From NCBI GenBank assembly GCA_036478935.1, contig JAZGES010000137.1:1-38266 (forward strand): 38,266 nucleotides of DNA, in the 5' to 3' direction. Origin of the DNA: Thiotrichaceae bacterium (GTDB taxonomy: Bacteria > Pseudomonadota > Gammaproteobacteria > Thiotrichales > Thiotrichaceae). The position numbers and the translations under genes were made by a program. Shown piece by piece: positions 7,678-14,033 of this stretch. Positions within the stretch are counted from its first letter, which is position 1. The number at the start of each line of letters is the position of its first letter. Below the pieces are notes generated by a model that saw only the letters and a list, made by a program, of their open reading frames with translations, searched no databases and was not told the origin of the DNA.

Positions 7678-8010
7678 ATGACAGTAGGAAAAATTAATCA
7701 GTTAAATAATAGTGGATCCTCTGACGAAAAGCGCTTTATAAAAAATCCTGATCCTATAATAGAAGGATTAATTAAAAGAGTTGAAGCTTTAGAAAAGAAA
7801 TATGTTGATGAACAAAAGAAATTATGGATGTGTATTAAGAATTCACATAATTACTTTGATTTCATTGGTGTTTTTTCAACTGAAGAAAACGCTATTGATG
7901 CTTGTTATGACGAATATTGTTTTATCGCGCCTTCGATTATTGATTATGCGCATCTAAATAAAGAGGAAATTGGCAAATGGCGGGGGCTTTATTATCCATT
8001 AAAAAAATAA
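7678..8010 (+). CDS. Hypothetical protein (110 aa). Its TAA stop is followed in frame by a conserved 14-codon tail
   Basis: AAGGAGG RBS. See the repeat at 8005..8055. Confidence 0.75.
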   Translation: MTVGKINQLNNSGSSDEKRFIKNPDPIIEGLIKRVEALEKKYVDEQKKLWMCIKNSHNYFDFIGVFSTEENAIDACYDEYCFIAPSIIDYAHLNKEEIGKWRGLYYPLKK

Positions 8011-8055
8011 GAAGAGGCTGAGAAAGTAGCACTTCAAATGGCGGCTATGGGATGA
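8005..8055 (+). repeat. Direct repeat of 7396..7446 (about 40 of 54 nt identical, including a 17-nt perfect block AAGTAGCACTTCAAATG)
   Basis: Aligned by eye. It encodes EEAEKVALQMAAMG* in the frame of 7678..8010, downstream of that gene's TAA. Confidence 0.85.
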
Positions 8056-8145
8056 TAAGCTTTGCATAAGTTCATTTAGTTTACCTTCTTCGGGAAATTT
8101 ATTGGACGCTTGAAAGTTTCAGTTCACAGCTAAAACTTCAAAATA

Positions 8146-8173
8146 CCGCCGCTAATTAGTTTTTTAGCGGCGG
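8146..8173. other. Stem-loop CCGCCGCTA-(10 nt)-TAGCGGCGG upstream of ninG
   Basis: A 9-bp GC-rich stem. A T-rich tail is present only on the minus-strand reading. Confidence 0.5.
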
Positions 8174-8195
8174 CATCATATCTGGTAATTAGCTT

Positions 8196-8834
8196 TTGTT
8201 AAGAAAATGCAAACACTGCAGTGAGAAATCTGACAATCCATATCTAACACCACTCTTTGCATTCTGCAACGTAGATCACGCTTTAAAATACTCTCAGACT
8301 CAAATACAAGCCGCTCACGCAAAGAAACAAAAGAAGATAATCAAACGTATTGCTGAAGAGAAAAAAGCTTGTAGAAAGGATTTATTGGAGCTTAACAAGA
8401 AAACGCTTGGCTGGCAGCATAAACAAACTAAAGTAGCCTTTAATAAGATGCGAGTGCTACAAGAATTAAAATGGTTTCATGATCGCGGGTTGGCCCCTTC
8501 TTGTATCTCATGTAGCAAACAGAATATGGACTGGTGCTGCGGTCATTTTAAAACTGTAGGATCATCACCTGAGCTTAGATACAAAGAGTACAACACGTAT
8601 CTACAGTGTAACCGCTATTGTAACCGTGCCCTATCTGGGAATATTGAGGGCAACAAAACTACAAGAGGCTATAAGGAAGGGTTAAAAGAAAGGTTTGGAG
8701 TTATTGAAGGCGAAGCAATCATTAAGATGTGTGAATCTAAAGTAGACCTGCCTAGGCTTAGGTGTGAAGAGCTAGAAGAAATAAGGAAAGTGTTTAATAA
8801 AAACATAAAGAATTTGCAGTCTGGTATTCATTAG
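8196..8834 (+). CDS. ninG: NinG/Rap-family recombination endonuclease
   Basis: The pattern CKHC...FC...CISC......CGHF......LR....N...QC..CN..LSGN matches the lambda NinG layout. TTG is the only available start. Confidence 0.75.
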   Translation: MLRKCKHCSEKSDNPYLTPLFAFCNVDHALKYSQTQIQAAHAKKQKKIIKRIAEEKKACRKDLLELNKKTLGWQHKQTKVAFNKMRVLQELKWFHDRGLAPSCISCSKQNMDWCCGHFKTVGSSPELRYKEYNTYLQCNRYCNRALSGNIEGNKTTRGYKEGLKERFGVIEGEAIIKMCESKVDLPRLRCEELEEIRKVFNKNIKNLQSGIH

Positions 8835-8869
8835 ATACAATGTAAGCATAAATATGAAAAGGAGTTCGT

Positions 8870-8998
8870 ATGAAAACAGTTACATTAAAAGGAAATGATT
8901 TAATGAGTTTATTGTCTAGCGACATAGGCTCCACCCACCGAATAAAAGTCATAAGCATACGCAAAGTATGGTACGTATTATTGGAATACGTTGATTGA
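8870..8998 (+). CDS. Possible small ORF (42 aa)
   Basis: AAAGGAG RBS 5 nt upstream of the ATG; no recognisable motif. Confidence 0.35.
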   Translation: MKTVTLKGNDLMSLLSSDIGSTHRIKVISIRKVWYVLLEYVD

Positions 8999-9131
8999 TA
9001 ACAATTACAAAAACTAAAACAGGCTATACACTAGAATACGAAAATGACCTAGTTATTATCAATGGTGTTGCTGATAATAAGAATGCTATGGAAGAGGCGC
9101 TAAGAGTCATTGAAGAGGTATACATACCATA

Positions 9132-9149
9132 TTGTCCCCTTGGACAAAT
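9132..9149. repeat. Palindromic 18-mer TTGTCCCCTTGGACAAAT, copy 1 (13 nt upstream of the endolysin ATG)
   Basis: Identical 18-mer at 33808..33825; its core is the inverted repeat TTGTCC-CCTT-GGACAA. Confidence 0.9.
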
Positions 9150-9162
9150 AGGTTAATACACA

Positions 9163-9561
9163 ATGTATAAACTAAGCAAAGCATCTATAGAGAAATTGGA
9201 AGGTGTACATACTGACCTTGTTCGCGTTGTTGTGCTTGCTATCCAGCACACTAAAGTAGACTTCACAGTATTAGAGGGCGTGCGTTCATTAGAGCGCCAA
9301 GAAGAGCTATTTAATAGCGGGGCATCTAATACAATGAATAGCCGCCACTTGACTGGTCACGCCGTTGATTTAGGGGCATGGGTTGGTGGTATCCGCTGGG
9401 ACTGGCCGCTCTACTACAAAATAGCAGATGCGATGAAATTATCTGCAGTACGGCTAGGTGGTATAAATGTAGAATGGGGCGGTGACTGGGAAACGTTTAA
9501 AGACGGTCCGCATTTTCAGTTGAGTTGGAATCATTGCCCGCTTGATAATACTTCATTTTAA
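9163..9561 (+). CDS. Endolysin, peptidase M15 (L-alanyl-D-glutamate / D-Ala-D-Ala carboxypeptidase-type)
   Basis: The motifs EGVRSLERQEELF, SRHLTGHAVDL and GGDW....DGPHFQL match the Zn-binding H..D...H layout of the M15 family. Confidence 0.85.
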   Translation: MYKLSKASIEKLEGVHTDLVRVVVLAIQHTKVDFTVLEGVRSLERQEELFNSGASNTMNSRHLTGHAVDLGAWVGGIRWDWPLYYKIADAMKLSAVRLGGINVEWGGDWETFKDGPHFQLSWNHCPLDNTSF

Positions 9562-9790
9562 ATATATCAGGCTTGCACGGGTAGTACTCACCCCCTAGGC
9601 CAAGAATTATATAGTCACCTTCCATAGCTGGATGATCCCCTTCTAACGTAGGGATTATTAATCCAACAACTCCATCAATCTCGCCAATATTAAAAATTGG
9701 CATGTTGTTTTTAAAGCAGAAATCTTTAGGATCTCCACCCTTCCACTGTGCGGCTAGTATTTGGACAGGTTTAGTTTTGTATATAATCAT
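9497..9790 (-). CDS. Hypothetical phage protein (97 aa)
   Basis: ATGA coupling to the upstream ORF. The motif GDYIILGLGGEYYPCKPDIF resembles a common small phage beta-domain. Its 3' end overlaps the endolysin gene by 65 nt. Confidence 0.7.
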   Translation of the reverse strand: MIIYKTKPVQILAAQWKGGDPKDFCFKNNMPIFNIGEIDGVVGLIIPTLEGDHPAMEGDYIILGLGGEYYPCKPDIFKMKYYQAGNDSNSTENADRL

Positions 9791-9924
9791 GCGGCTTTAG
9801 GTAACTGTTTATTAGCAACAAACTCATCAAAGCTTTCGCGACCTGCGTGTGCGGCTATTTTGTTTAACTCTACAATCGCTATATCAAGCAATTTATTTAT
9901 CATGTGTAGTTGTTTGTTGGTCAT
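9787..9924 (-). CDS. Hypothetical small protein (45 aa; below the ORF-track cutoff)
   Basis: TAATG overlap with the upstream stop and ATGA overlap with the downstream start. Confidence 0.55.
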   Translation of the reverse strand: MTNKQLHMINKLLDIAIVELNKIAAHAGRESFDEFVANKQLPKAA

Positions 9925-10121
9925 TATTCAACCCTCGTAGCATCATTAAAAGTTACAGTCTTGTAGTCGCCCCTTTCAACGGCTCTATCCATCTCATTAA
10001 TTTCTTTACAGATAGATTCTCGAGTTGCGGTTAAATTATCTCTGACAGTATAGCTAACGTGCAACAAGCCATCATCTAGCTTTTTTTGATGCCTTAATTT
10101 GGCTTCTTCGTATTCAGTCAC
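9924..10121 (-). CDS. Hypothetical protein (65 aa)
   Basis: GTG start 8-9 nt after GAAGGAAG; first gene of a coupled three-gene set. Confidence 0.6.
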   Translation of the reverse strand: MTEYEEAKLRHQKKLDDGLLHVSYTVRDNLTATRESICKEINEMDRAVERGDYKTVTFNDATRVE

Positions 10122-10157
10122 GCTTCATACTTCCTTCTTTGGGTGTATCATTGAATA

Positions 10158-10448
10158 ATGCTAATTATCGAACACATACCACCGGATGTATTGGCCGGAT
10201 CAACTGCTATCATTATTGCGTATTGTCGAATGCGATTCAATAAGTACTCTGCAAAATCATCTATCTATGAATCAATAATGTGCGGCGCTTTAAGCATCAT
10301 CACTACAGCTCTAGTGGCTGTATCAGGAGTCGATGTGCTATGGGTGGTGGTGTCAGGTGGAATGGTAGGTTATCTAGGTACTGAAAAGGCAGGGGGCATA
10401 ATCAACAGTATTGTGCGTGCTAAAGTTGACACCATGGTTAAGAGGTAG
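10158..10448 (+). CDS. Holin, lambda S-like (class I, three predicted TM segments)
   Basis: AYCRMRFN...MCGALS...VGYLGTEKAGGII aligns with lambda S AYLRGRYN...MCAIIA...IGYIGTDSIGSLI (recalled sequence). The C-terminus is basic. Confidence 0.8.
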   Translation: MLIIEHIPPDVLAGSTAIIIAYCRMRFNKYSAKSSIYESIMCGALSIITTALVAVSGVDVLWVVVSGGMVGYLGTEKAGGIINSIVRAKVDTMVKR

Positions 10449-10725
10449 GTTTGTTTTTCTTCCGCATCCTTTTGATTAATTTTAGAATTAGAGCATGCTT
10501 CAACCAAAGCAATAGTAATTTTTTAATATAGGGAGAAATACCAAGCCGATCGCTTAATACCGATACACCTACAACTGCGCTCATTAAAAAAGCAAGCAAA
10601 CCTATATCATGAGGGATCCACTCAAACCACAGCGACCCTTCAATCACCATCGGGCTTGCTGTTGCTACGACCACAGGAGCGCTCAATTCTGGGTTGCACG
10701 CTATTTCCTGTACGCCTTCGCTCAT
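10438..10725 (-). CDS. Small membrane protein with a highly basic C-terminus (holin- or antiholin-like in shape)
   Basis: ATGA coupling to 10722..11282. Hydrophobic core IGLLAFLMSAVVGVSVL and tail KRMRKKNKPTS. Confidence 0.6.
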   Translation of the reverse strand: MSEGVQEIACNPELSAPVVVATASPMVIEGSLWFEWIPHDIGLLAFLMSAVVGVSVLSDRLGISPYIKKLLLLWLKHALILKLIKRMRKKNKPTS

Positions 10726-11282
10726 TGTAAGCCTTTATTTTTTTTACATAAAATACTACTTTTGAGATTGTATGCTTTAAACATCCAATTACCTGTTTTA
10801 TTATATAAAGAAATAAAAAAACTTGCAGTAAAACTTGCAAATATTTCTGGAAGTCTACGACAATCTCTAAAGTAGTCATAAGGGAACAGCATAAGTATTG
10901 TTAATATATTCAAAGGTATAAACGCTAGCTTGTAATTATCTCTAGGCAATCCAGCTGTATATAGAATAAAACCCATGAAGTTCAATAGAACAGAAGCAAG
11001 GCATATTGTCTGTAGGTGTATAACTAAGATTGGTGGACGTGCAATGGAACTTAACCACTTGGCTATCATTAGATCAAATATAGCCGCGCTCAAGAAATAA
11101 ATAGGATGCTTTAGTTCGTATAGCAATTCGTGATGCAGGGTATTAAACCCTATCAATATCCATGCTGCCACCCTTCTTTCATCTGTAGGCTGTATAATTG
11201 CAAGCAGGAATTGAATAAGAAGCAGCATTTCTAGAATAAGCTGCACATCGAGAGTTTGTATAAAACTCAATATCATAAGCAT
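10722..11282 (-). CDS. Polytopic inner-membrane protein (186 aa), function unknown
   Basis: Several hydrophobic stretches; very AT-rich; first gene downstream of the divergent control region. Confidence 0.6.
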   Translation of the reverse strand: MLMILSFIQTLDVQLILEMLLLIQFLLAIIQPTDERRVAAWILIGFNTLHHELLYELKHPIYFLSAAIFDLMIAKWLSSIARPPILVIHLQTICLASVLLNFMGFILYTAGLPRDNYKLAFIPLNILTILMLFPYDYFRDCRRLPEIFASFTASFFISLYNKTGNWMFKAYNLKSSILCKKNKGLQ

Positions 11283-11310
11283 GTATCAATAATACCATAT
11301 TGAACTGTTC

Positions 11311-11331
11311 GGAATTTCCTGACAGTTGGTG
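11311..11331. promoter_or_regulatory. Operator-like imperfect palindrome CTGTTCGGAATTTCCTGACAG
   Basis: 8 of 10 arm positions are complementary around a central T. It sits in the divergent intergenic region. Confidence 0.4.
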
Positions 11332-11345
11332 TAAGTAAGTATTGA

Positions 11346-11368
11346 GTTGTAAGGAAAAACCTTACAAC
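11346..11368. other. Perfect hairpin GTTGTAAGG-aaaaa-CCTTACAAC
   Basis: Read directly from the sequence. Confidence 0.6.
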
Positions 11369-11379
11369 TGAAATAATGC

Positions 11380-11408
11380 TTGATATTATATAGTTAATTT
11401 ACTATAGT
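11380..11408 (+). promoter_or_regulatory. Sigma70-like promoter (TTGATA, 17 bp, TATAGT)
   Basis: Hexamers and spacing counted directly; it lies 26 nt upstream of the ATG at 11434. Confidence 0.55.
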
Positions 11409-11433
11409 TGTTTTCTTAAACAAGGGACGGTGA

Positions 11434-11679
11434 ATGGAAACTATATTCACAAAAAGACAAGCTAGGCTAGAACTAGCTCACTACATAGCCGACAAATGGA
11501 AGCTAAAGAAAAGCTATGCAAAAGCAAGGAATGTCACCCCTGGGTTTATCAGTAACACCTTGAGCGGTATAGATCCCATGCCAGACTGGATGCTTGAAGA
11601 TCTAGATCTTAGTGAAGTTAAGCCAGAGTCTTATTATGTGAGAAGGATTGATTATGAAAACTTGGAATCAAGAAACTAA
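11434..11679 (+). CDS. Small putative DNA-binding protein (Cro/YdaS-like)
   Basis: The segment ARNVTPGFISNTLSG is HTH-like; first gene of a rightward operon. Confidence 0.55.
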   Translation: METIFTKRQARLELAHYIADKWKLKKSYAKARNVTPGFISNTLSGIDPMPDWMLEDLDLSEVKPESYYVRRIDYENLESRN

Positions 11680-12334
11680 AGATCATTGGATTGAAAAAAC
11701 GAATATCATCTATAAAAATAGAGAATTTAGTGAATCAGATTTTTTTAATGGAATTATTGAACCTTACTGGTTATTTAGTTTATCAAAAAAAATATTAAAT
11801 AACTTGCCGATGGATGAATATTTCTTATTTCCTTACCAGTTATGCAAAGCAATCCCTGTTGATACCAGTATAGACAATGTAGCCTACAATATGGCTATCT
11901 TAAGATTAATTGAATTTAATGAAAATTCACCTATCATAAAAAAAGCTATTAATCACTTCAAATTAAAAATAAAAGGCGAAAAACCTAAATGGTTGACAGC
12001 AAATGATATTGCTGATTATGGAAATGTTTGTGCAATAGAAACAATGGATCAATTATCCGAACTTGGCGCAGGGGGAGGTAGATACCCATCAATTGCATCA
12101 TCAATTCTAGCAGACCGTATTTATGAAAATACAATAAAAAATGAATTAGCGGAACATGCACACAATAAAATTGATCAAATAATAAGCAGTAGATTATATA
12201 GGTTTGGCATATCTATTGATTGCGATAGATCATACAAAGATATAATAGAGAAAGCTAGAAACAAAACAACATATTTTTGGCAAAAACAACGTAAAAATCT
12301 TATTAGATTATTAGAGGAGTTAACGCCCCACTAA
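11654..12334 (+). CDS. Hypothetical protein, paralog B of the junction-spanning repeat protein
   Basis: ATG at 11654 after AGAAGGA. MKTWNQETKDHWI, LCKAIPVD and YFWQKQRKNL match paralog A. About 80 percent nt identity over the first 45 nt or so. Confidence 0.8.
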   Translation: MKTWNQETKDHWIEKTNIIYKNREFSESDFFNGIIEPYWLFSLSKKILNNLPMDEYFLFPYQLCKAIPVDTSIDNVAYNMAILRLIEFNENSPIIKKAINHFKLKIKGEKPKWLTANDIADYGNVCAIETMDQLSELGAGGGRYPSIASSILADRIYENTIKNELAEHAHNKIDQIISSRLYRFGISIDCDRSYKDIIEKARNKTTYFWQKQRKNLIRLLEELTPH

Positions 12335-12454
12335 CTAAGGACCCCCACCGCCAGCAGGCTTAGAGATAAAAGCACTTGAGGATTGTGGAGCACTGACAGC
12401 AACTGCTTGAGTAGCACTAAAGGAAAGAATGATTAGCAAAACAAAGACTTTCAT
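12335..12454 (-). CDS. Possible secreted micro-protein (39 aa) on the opposite strand between two plus-strand genes
   Basis: MKVFVLLIILSFSATQA looks like a signal peptide and the mature part ends GGGGP. AGGA lies 8 nt upstream. The stop abuts the stop of 11654..12334. Confidence 0.4.
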   Translation of the reverse strand: MKVFVLLIILSFSATQAVAVSAPQSSSAFISKPAGGGGP

Positions 12455-12525
12455 GGGTAATCCTAGCGTTTAATTTACGTAAGATTTTAACCTATATTAA
12501 CGTAAGAATCAAAGGAAAAGGAAGA

Positions 12526-13059
12526 ATGGAAATAACACTTAATCAAATCAAACAACATGGCCCTACTAATGATATGTGGCGTAGCCTTCAGGTAATACGT
12601 GGCACGATCAACAGTAATGGTGAACCGTTCCCACTTGTAGACTTGTTAGAATCAAACGGCTTAAGGGACACTGTGTGGGCTTTTAGGTGCCTGCCTGAAC
12701 ACAACAAAATATGGATCAAATACTTGCTAGATTGTGTAACGCTAATAGCTCATAAAGGCCCTGCGTTGTCACTAAACGCTTATTTGACTAATGATATTGC
12801 TATGGCAGGTAAAGCTGAACATCTGCAATGGTACGTACAAGACGCAGAAGTAGAATATAAAGGGTTTGAAGAAACCCGTTACTATGCTGCCAAAGCTGTA
12901 TATCTAGTGATACAACTTGTTAACGATCCGAAGGTATTAATGCGTATGCATCCTGTTGAGATTCTTAGGCATGTACTGAGGGTTGATGAGGATCTTGAGC
13001 AAGAATTGGTGAGTAAACTTAAGGAGTTACTTGCTTGCTTTGTAACGGGGATAACATAA
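12526..13059 (+). CDS. Hypothetical protein (177 aa)
   Basis: AAAGGAAAAGGAAG RBS and a clean ORF. Confidence 0.75.
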   Translation: MEITLNQIKQHGPTNDMWRSLQVIRGTINSNGEPFPLVDLLESNGLRDTVWAFRCLPEHNKIWIKYLLDCVTLIAHKGPALSLNAYLTNDIAMAGKAEHLQWYVQDAEVEYKGFEETRYYAAKAVYLVIQLVNDPKVLMRMHPVEILRHVLRVDEDLEQELVSKLKELLACFVTGIT

Positions 13060-13109
13060 CATGGTGCTCGGACTGTGAAGATGAATACTTTTGATTAGGC
13101 TAAAGCAAC

Positions 13110-13125
13110 GCGCCCGAAAGGGCGC
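13110..13125. terminator. Bidirectional terminator hairpin GCGCCC-GAAA-GGGCGC between convergent genes
   Basis: GC stem with a GNRA-type loop; a T-rich flank follows (TATTGTTT). Confidence 0.65.
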
Positions 13126-13667
13126 TATTGTTTAGGTTCTACGCCAACCATTACATTGGGTGACTTGCCATAAAAATAGGAGATACTTTTTAATTCTCCA
13201 TTATCATCAAGAACTCTATTTTCTATGATCTGTTGATTGTCGATCAGAGTTTGCTTAAAAGCATCTGCCGAACTTCCAGCTTCAATATCAATTTGCAGTT
13301 GATCATCTTTTATACGTATCTCATCACGAGATGTATAAGCAGCGTTCTTATCGGCACCAGGAATATCCTTTGCAATAATATTGTCATGAGGCTTGTATTC
13401 AAATTGACGATTCATGCGCCTTATTTGATGCGCAGTCTCTCTAGCTCCATCAATATCAATAGATATTTTTTCAGGAGAACTAGAGGTGTCATGCTTCCAG
13501 CAATTTCTAAATAGACGATCTTTGGGCAGCAATGAATCTTCCACAACCTCACAATGAACACCTTTAGGTAGAAGTTTTAAACAGTCTTCAGCAGGAAGCT
13601 TTAAGGCCGATATAACAACCGAACCTTTAAATGCGCCATCTATCTCTGTGTGTATTATATTTTGCAT
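13125..13667 (-). CDS. Hypothetical protein, possibly a DUF4376-like tail-fibre accessory protein
   Basis: Last gene of the structural arm. The segment ARETAHQIRRMNRQFEYKPHD resembles DUF4376 (tentative). Confidence 0.6.
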   Translation of the reverse strand: MQNIIHTEIDGAFKGSVVISALKLPAEDCLKLLPKGVHCEVVEDSLLPKDRLFRNCWKHDTSSSPEKISIDIDGARETAHQIRRMNRQFEYKPHDNIIAKDIPGADKNAAYTSRDEIRIKDDQLQIDIEAGSSADAFKQTLIDNQQIIENRVLDDNGELKSISYFYGKSPNVMVGVEPKQ

Positions 13668-13674
13668 GTAATTC

Positions 13675-14019
13675 TTATGGATTAGCTAGAGTATATTGCT
13701 TATTATTTTCAGCAGTTTGCTGTAAACCGCCTATCACCGCATAATCTATTTCTAGCCAAGTAGTGAGTCGCTCATAACCATCTTGCATCAGAAGTAAAAT
13801 GCTATCTAAGCCATTCTGGCCCATTGCCAAACTTAATTGTTGCAAATCAGTAATATCAACAGCTATGTTGGCAGGTCTGACTTTAATTGATTGTGTAGGC
13901 TTAGATAAATCAAAAATATAAATTTGATCTGCTAGCGCTTGATCTAACTCAGCACGTGTATCAAAAGCATAAGAGACTTGTGAAGCCATCAATAAAATTA
14001 TTAGTATTAGTTTTTTCAT
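13675..14019 (-). CDS. Secreted protein with a cleavable signal peptide (114 aa)
   Basis: MKKLILIILLMASQVSYA|FD is a classic n-h-c signal with an AxA-like cleavage site. Confidence 0.7.
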   Translation of the reverse strand: MKKLILIILLMASQVSYAFDTRAELDQALADQIYIFDLSKPTQSIKVRPANIAVDITDLQQLSLAMGQNGLDSILLLMQDGYERLTTWLEIDYAVIGGLQQTAENNKQYTLANP

Positions 14020-14033
14020 TTTATTACCTTAAA

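Noticed and set aside
8146-8173. The hairpin upstream of ninG as a rho-independent terminator of the rightward operon
   Set aside because: The stem is good, but the T-tract lies only on the minus-strand reading, and no leftward gene ends here. It is kept as an unexplained stem-loop.
8870-9156. A programmed frameshift joining 8870..8998 with the TTG-initiated frame 8995..9156
   Set aside because: There is no slippery heptamer at the junction, and the second frame has only a TTG start with no RBS. The region is more simply read as one weak small ORF plus the regulatory leader of the endolysin gene.
9849-10034. Plus-strand ORF 9849..10034
   Set aside because: It overlaps two minus-strand ORFs that are linked by TAATG and ATGA coupling and have a good RBS. 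Its own translation is hydrophobic low-complexity sequence with no RBS.
10609-10879. ORFs 10609..10875 (+) and 10640..10879 (-)
   Set aside because: They overlap the coupled membrane-protein genes 10438..10725 and 10722..11282 in other frames. They have no RBS and give AT-rich shadow translations.
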